Source: a virus (lineage: Duplodnaviria > Heunggongvirae > Uroviricota > Caudoviricetes). From it: 19,694 nt of DNA. The first letter of the stretch is position 1. Each line of letters opens with the position of its first letter. The stretch spans positions 1 through 19,694 of IMG/VR virus record IMGVR_UViG_2703718835_000001. One strand, written 5' to 3'. Below are positions 1-8,377 of the stretch, piece after piece. Both the position numbers and the translations under genes were made by a program. The notes beneath the pieces are model-generated. The model worked only from the letters and a program-made list of their open reading frames with translations, ran no database searches and had not been told where the DNA came from.

Positions 1-72
1 ATTTATTCAACAAAGCCTTACCTGTCAGGAAATCGCAGAGCTGAAAGGCAAACATTACAACGGAGGTGCTGT

Positions 73-930
73 ATGAGCACCATCCTGAAATGGGCGGGAA
101 ATAAAACCGCCGTAATATCCGAACTGAAAAAACATCTTCCTGCTGGTCCGCGACTAGTTGAACCTTTCGCGGGTTCCTGTGCTGTGATGATGGAGACGGA
201 TTATCCCTGCTATCTGGTTGCGGATATTAATCCTGATTTAATCAACCTCTATAAAAAGGTTGCCGCTGATTGTGAATCGTTTATATCTCGCGCCAAAGTT
301 TTATTTGAGATCGCAAACAGGGAGGTGGCTTATTACAACATAAGGCAGGAGTTTAATTACTCAACTGAAATTACTGATTTCATGAAAGCGGTATATTTCC
401 TGTATCTCAATCGTCACGGTTACCGTGGGTTATGTCGCTATAACAAGAGCGGGCATTTCAACATTCCCTACGGTAATTATAAAAATCCGTATTTCCCTGA
501 AAAAGAAATTCGCGCTTTTGCAGAAAAAGCCCAGCGAGCAACGTTTATCTGCGCCAGCTTTGATGAAACGCTGGCGATGTTGAAGGCGGGGGATGTGGTG
601 TATTGCGATCCGCCTTATGACGGTACGTTTTCCGGCTATCACGCTGACGGCTTTACTGAAGATGACCAGTATCACCTGGCATCCGTTCTTGAACATCGGT
701 CATCAGAAGGACATCCGGTCATTGTTTCTAACAGTGACACATCCTTGATCCGTTCGCTGTATCGCAATTTTACTCACCACTATATCAAGGTAAAACGCAG
801 CATCGGCGTAGCAGCTGGTGAGAGTAAATCAGCAACAGAAATCATTGCTGTTTCCGGGCCGCGCTGCTGGGTGGGATTTGATTATTCGCGTGGCGTGGAT
901 AGTTCTGCCGTGTACGGAGTACGTGCATGA
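73..930 (+). CDS. dam: DNA adenine methyltransferase, Dam family (probable GATC N6-adenine MTase)
   Basis: 285-aa ORF with GGAGGT ribosome-binding site upstream. N-terminus 'LKWAGNK...[11 protein letters not shown]' (AdoMet-binding motif I) and catalytic 'DPPY' motif. Collinear similarity to E. coli Dam throughout, e.g. 'FLYLNR.GY.GLCRYN' and 'VYCDPPY'. Confidence 0.9.
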   Translation: MSTILKWAGNKTAVISELKKHLPAGPRLVEPFAGSCAVMMETDYPCYLVADINPDLINLYKKVAADCESFISRAKVLFEIANREVAYYNIRQEFNYSTEITDFMKAVYFLYLNRHGYRGLCRYNKSGHFNIPYGNYKNPYFPEKEIRAFAEKAQRATFICASFDETLAMLKAGDVVYCDPPYDGTFSGYHADGFTEDDQYHLASVLEHRSSEGHPVIVSNSDTSLIRSLYRNFTHHYIKVKRSIGVAAGESKSATEIIAVSGPRCWVGFDYSRGVDSSAVYGVRA

Positions 931-3341
931 GCCATGCCGATATGAGCAACTGCTGCGGCTTTAACGAGGCTGCCGCATCGTTCTCATGGAACAGCCCGAA
1001 AAAGGCCATTAACCCTTATCTGGACCCGGCGGAAGTTGCGCCGGTTTCTGCGCTTTCAAACCTGATCACTCTGTACGCTGCCGATAACGAGCAGGAACAA
1101 CTGCGCCGCGAGGCACTGAGTGATCAGGTCTGGGAGCGTTATTTCTTTAATGAATCCCGTGATCCTGTCCAACGCGAAATAGAGCAGGATAAGCTCATTA
1201 GCCGGGCAAAGTTGGCGCATGAGCAGCAGCGTTTTAACCCGGACATGGTCATTCTGGCAGACGTCAGCGCCCAGCCCTCCCATATCAGCAAGCCGCTGAT
1301 GCAACGTATTGAATACTTCAGCAGCCTGGGCAGGCCAAAGGCTTATTCCCGCTATTTACGTGAGACGATTAAGCCATGTCTGGAACGACTGGAGCATGTA
1401 CGCGACAGCCAGCTATCTGCATCTTTTCGTTTTATGGCAAGCCATGAAGGGCTGGACGGCCTGCTGATTCTGCCTGAAATGAGTCAGGATCAGGTGAAAC
1501 GCCTGTCTACTCTTGTCGCTGCGCATATGAGCATGTGCCTTGATGCAGCTTGTGGTGATTTGTATGCCACCGATGACGTTAAGCCAGAAGAAATCCGCAA
1601 GACATGGGAAAAGGTGGCAGCGGAAACCCTGCGTCTGGATGTCATCCCGCCTGCGTTTGAGCAACTCCGTCGGAAAAGAAACCGCCGTAAACCCGTGCCC
1701 TATGAACTCATTCCGGGTTCGCTGGCGCGTATGTTGTGCGCCGACTGGTGGTACCGGAAATTATGGAAAATGCGTTGCGAATGGCGGGAAGAGCAGTTGC
1801 GTGCTGTCTGCCTGGTCAGCAAAAAAGCATCTCCCTATGTCAGCTATGAAGCCGTGATGCATAAACGTGAGCAGCGCCGCAAGTCACTGGAGTTTTTCCG
1901 TTCTCATGAACTGGTGAACGAAGAGGGCGACACGCTGGATATGGAAGACGTGGTAAACGCCAGCAGCAGCAACCCGGCGCACCGCCGCAATGAGATGATG
2001 GCCTGTGTTAAAGGTCTGGAGCTTATCGCGGAAATGCGCGGTGACTGCGCCGTTTTCTACACCATTACCTGTCCGTCACGTTTCCATTCCACGCTCAATA
2101 ACGGCAGACCAAACCCAACCTGGACAAATGCGACGGTAAGACAAAGCAGCGATTATCTGGTCGGCATGTTTGCTGCATTTCGTAAGGCGATGCACAAAGC
2201 CGGGTTGCGCTGGTATGGCGTGCGGGTGGCTGAGCCGCATCATGACGGTACAGTTCACTGGCACCTGTTGTGTTTCATGCGCAAAAAAGACCGCCGCGCC
2301 ATTACTGCATTGTTGCGTAAGTTTGCCATCCGTGAAGACCGCGAGGAACTGGGTAATAACACTGGTCCACGCTTTAAATCTGAGCTGATAAACCCGCGCA
2401 AAGGAACGCCGACAAGCTACATCGCGAAATACATCAGTAAGAACATTGACGGGCGTGGTCTGGCTGGCGAGATCAGCAAGGAAACGGGTAAATCCCTGCG
2501 TGATAACGCTGAATACGTTAATGCCTGGGCGTCTCTGCATCGTGTTCAGCAATTCCGCTTCTTTGGTATTCCGGGACGTCAGGCTTACCGTGAACTTCGC
2601 TTGCTGGCTGGTCAGGCGGCAAGGCAACAGGGTGACAAAAAAGCAGGTGCGCCGGTACTGGATAACCCGCGTCTTGATGCCATTCTGGCTGCTGCTGATG
2701 CTGGTTGTTTTGCCACCTACATCATGAAGCAGGGCGGCGTACTGGTTCCCCGCAAATATCACCTCATCAGAACCGCTTATGAAATCAACGAAGAGCCAAC
2801 CGCCTATGGCGATCACGGTATTCGTATTTATGGCATCTGGTCACCCATTGCAGAGGGCAAGATCTGCACTCATGCAGTGAAGTGGAAAATGGTTCGTAAG
2901 GCCGTTGACGTTCAGGAGGCGGCAGCCGACCAGGGCGCTTGCGCCCCTTGGACTCGTGGCAATAACTGTCCCCTTGCTGAAAATTTGTACCAACAAGGGA
3001 AAGACAAATCAGCTGATGGAGATACCAGAACGGATATCACCCGCATGGATGACAAGGAGTTGCACGATTACCTGCACAGTATGAGCAAAAAAGAGCGCCG
3101 GGAACTGGCAGCAAGGTTACGCCTGGTGAAACCGAAACGGCGTAAAGACTACAAACAGCGAATTACAGATCATCAGCGACAGCAGCTCGTGTATGAACTG
3201 AAGTCCAGGGGATTTGATGGCAGCGAGAAAGAGGTCGATTTACTGCTTCGCGGCGGCAGTATTCCGTCAGGAGCAGGCCTGCGTATCTTCTATCGAAACC
3301 AGCGTTTGCAGGAAGATGATAAGTGGCGAAACCTGTATTAA
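927..3341 (+). CDS. A: Rolling-circle replication initiation endonuclease, P2 gpA family
   Basis: 804-aa ORF. Contains '[13 protein letters not shown]' (HUH-type metal-binding motif) and '[12 protein letters not shown]' (catalytic tyrosine region), as remembered for P2 gpA. The start overlaps the dam stop (ATGA); the true start may be a downstream Met. Confidence 0.88.
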   Translation: MSHADMSNCCGFNEAAASFSWNSPKKAINPYLDPAEVAPVSALSNLITLYAADNEQEQLRREALSDQVWERYFFNESRDPVQREIEQDKLISRAKLAHEQQRFNPDMVILADVSAQPSHISKPLMQRIEYFSSLGRPKAYSRYLRETIKPCLERLEHVRDSQLSASFRFMASHEGLDGLLILPEMSQDQVKRLSTLVAAHMSMCLDAACGDLYATDDVKPEEIRKTWEKVAAETLRLDVIPPAFEQLRRKRNRRKPVPYELIPGSLARMLCADWWYRKLWKMRCEWREEQLRAVCLVSKKASPYVSYEAVMHKREQRRKSLEFFRSHELVNEEGDTLDMEDVVNASSSNPAHRRNEMMACVKGLELIAEMRGDCAVFYTITCPSRFHSTLNNGRPNPTWTNATVRQSSDYLVGMFAAFRKAMHKAGLRWYGVRVAEPHHDGTVHWHLLCFMRKKDRRAITALLRKFAIREDREELGNNTGPRFKSELINPRKGTPTSYIAKYISKNIDGRGLAGEISKETGKSLRDNAEYVNAWASLHRVQQFRFFGIPGRQAYRELRLLAGQAARQQGDKKAGAPVLDNPRLDAILAAADAGCFATYIMKQGGVLVPRKYHLIRTAYEINEEPTAYGDHGIRIYGIWSPIAEGKICTHAVKWKMVRKAVDVQEAAADQGACAPWTRGNNCPLAENLYQQGKDKSADGDTRTDITRMDDKELHDYLHSMSKKERRELAARLRLVKPKRRKDYKQRITDHQRQQLVYELKSRGFDGSEKEVDLLLRGGSIPSGAGLRIFYRNQRLQEDDKWRNLY

Positions 3342-3433
3342 TTACGCGGGTTAACAATTCGTGCTCTTAATAATACCAGGCATATCAGGCTGATGAGCGT
3401 AAAAAAACGTTTTACATCAGTAAGATTATTATA

Positions 3434-3453
3434 TACTGTAAATATAAACAGTG
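3434..3453 (+). promoter_or_regulatory. LexA (SOS) box overlapping a sigma70-like promoter
   Basis: TACTGTAAATATAAACAGTG fits CTGT-N8-ACAG with an AT-rich spacer (consensus TACTGTATATATATACAGTA). It overlaps a candidate -10 (TATACT/TACTGT), with a -35-like TTTACA at 3411-3416, about 40 bp upstream of the ATG at 3494. Confidence 0.65.
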
Positions 3454-3493
3454 GTTATGTATACAGTATTGCTTTGGTGTCATAGGAGGAAAG

Positions 3494-3682
3494 ATGCAGG
3501 ACTATTTTTTGGAGTCTTTGAAGCTCCAGCGCATTGATTTTTTTCTTAAGCTTGTAGCGGCCAGTGAGTGTAGTGATGAAGAGAAGGGGCTGGCTCTGCA
3601 GTGGGTTTCTGAATTGACTGATGAACTCATGGCAAAAATCAGAAGCCACGAATACAACCGCTCAATGGATGTCATCAGCTGA
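3494..3682 (+). CDS. Small hypothetical protein (62 aa), first gene of a putative SOS-regulated operon
   Basis: Strong ribosome-binding site AGGAGG 5-6 nt upstream of ATG. Sits immediately downstream of the LexA box. No recognisable motif. Confidence 0.5.
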   Translation: MQDYFLESLKLQRIDFFLKLVAASECSDEEKGLALQWVSELTDELMAKIRSHEYNRSMDVIS

Positions 3683-3692
3683 GGTGACTTTT

Positions 3693-3926
3693 ATGCGCAT
3701 TGAAATAATGATCGATAAAGAGCAGAAGATTAGCCAGTCTACCCTGGACGCCCTTGAATCCGAGCTTTACCGCAATCTGCGCCCCCTGTATCCCAAAACG
3801 GTAATTCGTATCCGTAAAGGTAGCTCTAACGGTGTGGAACTGACCGGACTGCAACTGGACGAAGAAAGGAAGCAAGTGATGAAAATTATGCAGAAGGTGT
3901 GGGAAGACGACAGCTGGCTGCATTAA
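3693..3926 (+). CDS. DinI-like damage-inducible protein (DinI/ImpC/Tum C-terminal family)
   Basis: 77-aa product 'MRIEIMIDKEQ...LDALESELYRNL...YPKTVIRIRKGSSNGVELTGL...ERKQVMKIMQKVWEDDSW' aligns collinearly with E. coli DinI ('MRIEVTIAK...IDALAGELSRRI...EILQETWE', from memory). Ribosome-binding site GAGGTG upstream. The ORF track lists a longer 3621..3926 frame; the internal ATG at 3693 is preferred. Confidence 0.82.
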   Translation: MRIEIMIDKEQKISQSTLDALESELYRNLRPLYPKTVIRIRKGSSNGVELTGLQLDEERKQVMKIMQKVWEDDSWLH

Positions 3927-4026
3927 GAAACGTTGCTGGCGTCTGAACTTGCTTCTGGCGTCAGCAAGGTTGAACACCAAGCCCTTGCGAGGCGTTAGCT
4001 CTGTAGTGCATGTCTATGCCGCATGA

Positions 4027-4098
4027 GATCGCATGATCGTTTGAGGATCGTTTTTGCTAAGGCCCGCCAGAACTGGCGGGCTTTTGCGTAGATCATGC
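4027..4098. repeat. Cluster of four GATC (Dam) sites with a flanking 8-bp inverted repeat
   Basis: GATC at 4027-4030, 4035-4038, 4046-4049 and 4091-4094: four sites in 68 bp, against roughly 0.3 expected by chance. GCATGATC (4031-4038) and GATCATGC (4091-4098) form an inverted repeat flanking the terminator hairpin. Confidence 0.6.
4062..4085 (+). terminator. Rho-independent terminator downstream of the DinI-like gene
   Basis: GC-rich inverted repeat GCCCGCCAG / CTGGCGGGC (4062-4070 / 4073-4081) followed by TTTT (4082-4085). Confidence 0.6.
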
Positions 4099-4130
4099 AG
4101 GTGCATGAAAACCACTACATAAAGCGGGCA

Positions 4131-4156
4131 GGCGTGGCGGGGATACGAGTGCGCGC
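4131..4156. other. Putative cos (cohesive-end) site
   Basis: GGCGTGGCGGGGATACGAG followed by TGCGCGC. The first 13 nt match the remembered 19-nt cohesive ends of P2 (GGCGAGGCGGGGAAAGCAC) and 186 (GGCGTGGCGGGGAAAGCAT). The assignment rests on memory only. Confidence 0.4.
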
Positions 4157-4231
4157 AATACGGTTCGATAAGAATTCACTTCGACTATGTTTTTAGATAA
4201 TCTGGCAATAAAAGGATGAGGAGAATGGCAA

Positions 4232-5473
4232 ATGCAAAGAATAGTTTTTTACTCTTGGCAATCTGATTTAAATGGAAAATGTAATAGAAATTTAATTCAA
4301 GATGCTTTGGTTAGATCTCTAAAAGCAATAAAAAAGGATGAAACAGAAACATTGGAGCCAGTCTTGGATCGTGATACTAATGGTTTAAATGGCTCACCAT
4401 CAATTAGCGAAAGCATTTTTAATAAAATATCACTTTCAGATGTTTTTGTTGCCGATGTTTCTATCATAAATGGAAGGTCTGAGGATAAGAAGACACCTAA
4501 TCCAAATGTTTTGATTGAATTAGGATATGCAGTATCCCAGCTAGGCTGGGATAGAGTAATCATGGTCCAGAATACATTTTATGGTTCTCCAGAAGAACTT
4601 CCTTTTGACTTAAGAGGACGGAGGGTAATTGCATATACTATGGACCCTGATAGTGATTCAAAACCTGAGGTAAGAAGCTTACTGCAAGGGCGACTTGAAA
4701 CTGCATTAAGGGAGTCCTTGAGTGATTCAAGCCAAGGAGCTATTTCTTCAGGTTTAAATGCACCAATATGGTGGGGGGAGTGGTACAAGGACAATCGCAG
4801 AAGTAATTTTGGCAAATTATTTATTCGTGAAACATCGTCAAATGGTTTTCTTTTTGATTTAGTAGTTATGAATGGATCACATTCTGGGAGTATTACAGGA
4901 GAGGCGGTTTTTGTAGCTAGAGATTCAGCTTACGCTAGAATAAAAATACCTGGAAGTAATGAATTTGGCGAGTTGAGTTTTAGGCGCAGCATATTTGATG
5001 GTAAACGATATATTAGGATAAGTGAGACCGTTAGTTGTCAATACTGGCGAGGTATGGGGGCCTTTTTTGATGGTGAGTTTCGTTGTGCAGAGGATCATTT
5101 GTTTTTATTTGGTTTTGCAAATGAAATGGAACTTCAGAGATTATACAACGTTATGGGGCAATATTACTTTGAACTGAAAAAAGTGATGGAGCAAATAGGT
5201 GAGCGCGATAATCTTGATACTTTTGTCGCAAAGGCTTATCAGGGAGGAGTTAGAGGACTTTATACCATTGCGGAAGGTATGGTGATGTTTGGTAGAGAGG
5301 GCGAGATATGGGCTATTTATCTCAATGATGGTGAAATTCGTTATTTCACAAATGTACATAAATGGAAAAAAACTATTCCAAAAACTTTTGAACAGTGGCG
5401 AGAACGATTTCCAGAGATTGAAATAAATTATGGAGGTGATATCTCGACACTTCCTACACAAGAAGATTTATAG
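4232..5473 (+). CDS. Cargo protein (413 aa) with N-terminal nucleoside 2-deoxyribosyltransferase/Rcl-like (SLOG/TIR-like fold) domain and uncharacterised C-terminal domain; candidate antiphage effector
   Basis: Ribosome-binding site AGGAGA 7 nt upstream. Markedly AT-rich against GC-rich phage flanks. The N-terminal 'RIVFYSWQSD' strand and 'NPNVLIELGYAVSQLGWDRVIMV' (Glu96, codon 4517-4519) resemble the catalytic-glutamate region of nucleoside deoxyribosyltransferases ('GMELGYALSQGKYVLLV', from memory). No Walker A motif, so it is not Old-like. The C-terminal ~270 aa have no recognisable motif. Confidence 0.75.
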   Translation: MQRIVFYSWQSDLNGKCNRNLIQDALVRSLKAIKKDETETLEPVLDRDTNGLNGSPSISESIFNKISLSDVFVADVSIINGRSEDKKTPNPNVLIELGYAVSQLGWDRVIMVQNTFYGSPEELPFDLRGRRVIAYTMDPDSDSKPEVRSLLQGRLETALRESLSDSSQGAISSGLNAPIWWGEWYKDNRRSNFGKLFIRETSSNGFLFDLVVMNGSHSGSITGEAVFVARDSAYARIKIPGSNEFGELSFRRSIFDGKRYIRISETVSCQYWRGMGAFFDGEFRCAEDHLFLFGFANEMELQRLYNVMGQYYFELKKVMEQIGERDNLDTFVAKAYQGGVRGLYTIAEGMVMFGREGEIWAIYLNDGEIRYFTNVHKWKKTIPKTFEQWRERFPEIEINYGGDISTLPTQEDL

Positions 5474-5480
5474 ACAAATG

Positions 5481-5513
5481 ACCCGCGATTCGCCAACGCG
5501 GGTTTTGTTTGTT
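5481..5513. terminator. Terminator hairpin between the convergent cargo gene and Q
   Basis: Stem ACCCGCG (5481-5487), loop ATTCGCCAA, stem CGCGGGT (5497-5503), followed by TTTGTTTGTT. It lies between the cargo stop (5473) and the Q stop (5525). It is strongest for the plus-strand transcript. Confidence 0.6.
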
Positions 5514-5524
5514 CAAAAAAATTA

Positions 5525-6568
5525 TTAAGTTATGTTGGGTTCAAATGCATAAGAATCAAAACGAATTACTTGTTCATTGGCCCAGCTATTCAGTTCCTCA
5601 AAACGCTTCTGTAGGGGGATCAGTTCATTTCGAACAAAAACACGGCTGGCCTTCTCCACATCCCCAAACCCCCCGACATTATTCGGCATAATCCCCATCA
5701 TCTGTGGCGGAACACGATGCGCCGCCATCATGTCATCGCGGCTGACGTTCTTGATGTTCAGAAATTCATCTTTCGCCGCGACTTCTGACAACGGGATGAT
5801 CTGAAGCCCGTCTTTTTTGCCGTTAGGCGAGTACATAAACAGGTTGCGGAAGTTGCCCGGGCCTTTGGCGCTTTTCATTGCGTTGCGGAGGTTGTTCACG
5901 TCCTCCTGGTTCTGCGCGGCATCGGTCATGTACATGATGAAGCCTGCATGACTGCCGTTAATGTAATACTTGCGGCGGAACAGCGTGGCGGACTCGTTGA
6001 GCAGGGCTGATGGAATGGCAGAAAGATAACCGGGCAGGCCGTAGATCTCCTGGTTGATATCCGGTTCCATCAGGTGAAAAATGCTGCCTTTCGTGAACTG
6101 ATACGGCTGGGTTGTCATACCGTATTGCACAAACCAGTAGGTATCCAGGTCTAACCCGCGTCGGGTGTATTTTGCCAGAGCAGGCTCAAGGGCGATAACT
6201 TCACCGAAGCGGTTCGTGCGTTTCTCCAGGTAGGCGTTACCAAATACCAGATAGTCCTGCACAAAACGTGAAAAAGCCTGCTGGCTGAGCAGCGGGTGAG
6301 GGATGTAGGTGCTGGTCAGAATGTTGCACTTTACTGCAATCGGTGAGCTGTGATGCACGGCGGCGCGAAAGGTGCGCGCCAGCCCGTCGAAACTCACTGG
6401 CGGCTCATACCAACGATCTGTCTGTACGCATTCCACATAGTCCAGCAGTTCGCGGCGGTCCAGAACAGGAACGGGATCACCGAAGCTGAATGCTTCGGCT
6501 GAAGTTTGGTTTTTATGCTGGATCTGATTCGTCGCCGCAGCGCGGTTTTTCTTACTCTTTCCCATCAA
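5525..6568 (-). CDS. Q: Portal protein, P2 gpQ family
   Basis: 347-aa ORF, convergent with the upstream cargo gene and overlapping the P stop by 4 bp. Position and size match P2 Q (about 344 aa). Confidence 0.88.
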   Translation of the reverse strand: MMGKSKKNRAAATNQIQHKNQTSAEAFSFGDPVPVLDRRELLDYVECVQTDRWYEPPVSFDGLARTFRAAVHHSSPIAVKCNILTSTYIPHPLLSQQAFSRFVQDYLVFGNAYLEKRTNRFGEVIALEPALAKYTRRGLDLDTYWFVQYGMTTQPYQFTKGSIFHLMEPDINQEIYGLPGYLSAIPSALLNESATLFRRKYYINGSHAGFIMYMTDAAQNQEDVNNLRNAMKSAKGPGNFRNLFMYSPNGKKDGLQIIPLSEVAAKDEFLNIKNVSRDDMMAAHRVPPQMMGIMPNNVGGFGDVEKASRVFVRNELIPLQKRFEELNSWANEQVIRFDSYAFEPNIT

Positions 6569-8331
6569 AAAATCTCCACAATATTGCTGGTATTGGCGGA
6601 CTCGCCCTGCAGCGGTTCGTTAAACAGTGCGTGCATGGTTGCCCACGCCAGATCGGCGTGGCTGGCTTCTTCGCTGCGGCTGGCTTCATAGGTCGGGCGG
6701 TTGCCGCTGGCGGTGGTGGCGCGACGGATTGCCATAAATGACTGCGCAATGTCGGTGTGTCCGGCGTCAAACTCAAGACGGCGGTGGCTGATAATGTCGT
6801 AAGCCTTGAGTACCAGGGCGTTTTTAACGTTGGGGTTGTAGACAAACTCCCGGACGGCAGGAAAAAACGCTTTCACGTTCTCGTAAACCCCGTGACCAAC
6901 GCCGGTTGAGTCGATGCCGATATAGGTCACGTTGTACTGTTCGGTCAGTTTTTTGATGGCGTCAGCCTGGGCGCGAAAGTCCATCCCGCGCCACTGGTGA
7001 CGCTCAAGAATGCGAAACTTACCGCCCGGCACGGCTGGCGGTGCCAGCACCACGCATCCGGCACTGTCGCCGTTCTGCGTACCTTTTGCCGGGTCATAAC
7101 CGATCCACACTTCGCGCCAGCCAAATGGGCGCAGCGCCAGTGCATGAAAGTCGGTCCAGACTTCCCAGCTGTCCACCATGCACGCCTGCAGCTCGCTGAG
7201 CGGGAACACGGACGCGAGATCGTCCACAAACTCGCACATCAGCAGGTTCTGGTATTCGTCCGGGCTGTACTCCATGCGCAACTGGTCAAGGTCGAACAGG
7301 TTACAGCCGCCGCGCACTGCATCTTCCACGGTGACTATCTGGCGGTATTGCCCGTCTGCGCACAGCAGGCCGGGGGCCAGATTGCTGTGGGACAGGTCGA
7401 TGTCCACCTTGTCGGCTTTGTTGCGCCCACGGTTGAACAGCGCACCGGACCAGAACGGATAAGCACTGTGTGTCAGGCTGGATGGCGTGGAAAAATAGGT
7501 TTGTCGCCATTTTTTGTGAATAGCCATACCGGAAGCCACTTTGCGCAGCTCCTGGAATTTCGGTATCCAGAAATATTCATCCAGATACAGGTTGCCGTGG
7601 TAACTCTGAGCCGTGCGGGCATTGGTGCCGAGGAAGTAAAGCGTGGCCCCGTTAGGAAGCACCATCGGATCGCCTTTCAGCTCCACCTCGACTTCTTTGG
7701 CGAAGTCGATGATGTACTGCTTAAAGACGTGAGCCTGTGCCTTACTGGCAGAAAGGAAAATCTGGTTACGTCCGGTAAGCAGGGCGTCAATCAGGGCTTC
7801 ACGGGCAAAGTAAAAGGTCGCGCCGATCTGGCGTGACTTCAGCAGATTACGGATGCGGTTGGTTTTTCCTGCTTCCCACCAGTGGCGCTGGTAGTTGAAC
7901 ATGGAGGAATGGAAGATTTCTTCCAGCTTCTCAATCTGTTCATCGGTGAAAACATTCTTTTCAGGCTGACGGCGCGGGCCTTTGTTGCGGTTGGCGACGT
8001 TAGGGTTTAAATCGGCTTCGTTGCCGCCATTGTTAAACTTGCCGATCCGCGCGTGGCGCTCCGACTGGCGCGACAGCAGATCAATTTCTTTGAAATCTTT
8101 CCCTTCTTTGTGCTCCTTCATAATGAGCTGGCAGTAACGTGCGGCGGTGGTGAGCTGCATCTGATCCAGCGGCCCATAGTCACCCCACTTGTCGCGTTTT
8201 TTCCAGCTGTGAACGGTTGCAACTTTCTCGCCCAGCATTTCAGCAATGCGGGCTACGCGGTATCCCTGAAAGTACAGCAGCATGGCCTGCCGACGGGGAT
8301 CGAGATCTGCGGGTGTCAGTGTGGTGTTCAT
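6565..8331 (-). CDS. P: Terminase large (ATPase) subunit, P2 gpP family
   Basis: 588-aa ORF (P2 gpP is about 590 aa), divergent from O. The start codon overlaps the Q start region, as in P2. Confidence 0.88.
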   Translation of the reverse strand: MNTTLTPADLDPRRQAMLLYFQGYRVARIAEMLGEKVATVHSWKKRDKWGDYGPLDQMQLTTAARYCQLIMKEHKEGKDFKEIDLLSRQSERHARIGKFNNGGNEADLNPNVANRNKGPRRQPEKNVFTDEQIEKLEEIFHSSMFNYQRHWWEAGKTNRIRNLLKSRQIGATFYFAREALIDALLTGRNQIFLSASKAQAHVFKQYIIDFAKEVEVELKGDPMVLPNGATLYFLGTNARTAQSYHGNLYLDEYFWIPKFQELRKVASGMAIHKKWRQTYFSTPSSLTHSAYPFWSGALFNRGRNKADKVDIDLSHSNLAPGLLCADGQYRQIVTVEDAVRGGCNLFDLDQLRMEYSPDEYQNLLMCEFVDDLASVFPLSELQACMVDSWEVWTDFHALALRPFGWREVWIGYDPAKGTQNGDSAGCVVLAPPAVPGGKFRILERHQWRGMDFRAQADAIKKLTEQYNVTYIGIDSTGVGHGVYENVKAFFPAVREFVYNPNVKNALVLKAYDIISHRRLEFDAGHTDIAQSFMAIRRATTASGNRPTYEASRSEEASHADLAWATMHALFNEPLQGESANTSNIVEIF

Positions 8332-8377
8332 GGCACAAACCTACAGCCTTGAATGAAGGCTTTCCCCGCCTGCGGTT

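Noticed and set aside
2076-2816. 246-aa minus-strand ORF inside gene A (and smaller ORFs at 1056..1304, 1413..1664, 1540..1857, 2170..2388, 2446..2727)
   Set aside because: They lie entirely antisense or out of frame within the well-supported A coding region, with no ribosome-binding site or motif. Typical spurious ORFs of GC-rich coding DNA.
3455-3470. Second LexA box adjacent to the first
   Set aside because: Only the ACAG half-site (3463-3466) is present, and the CTGT partner position reads GTGG. Treated as part of an extended inverted repeat, not an independent box.
4232-5473. Possibility that the cargo gene is an Old- or Tin-like P2 exclusion gene
   Set aside because: No Walker A/P-loop or Toprim-like motif. 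The N-terminal motifs point to an NDT/SLOG-type fold instead.
6997-7836. 279-aa plus-strand ORF antisense to terminase P
   Set aside because: Embedded in the conserved P gene on the opposite strand, with Ala/Gly/Arg-rich low-complexity translation. Not supported.
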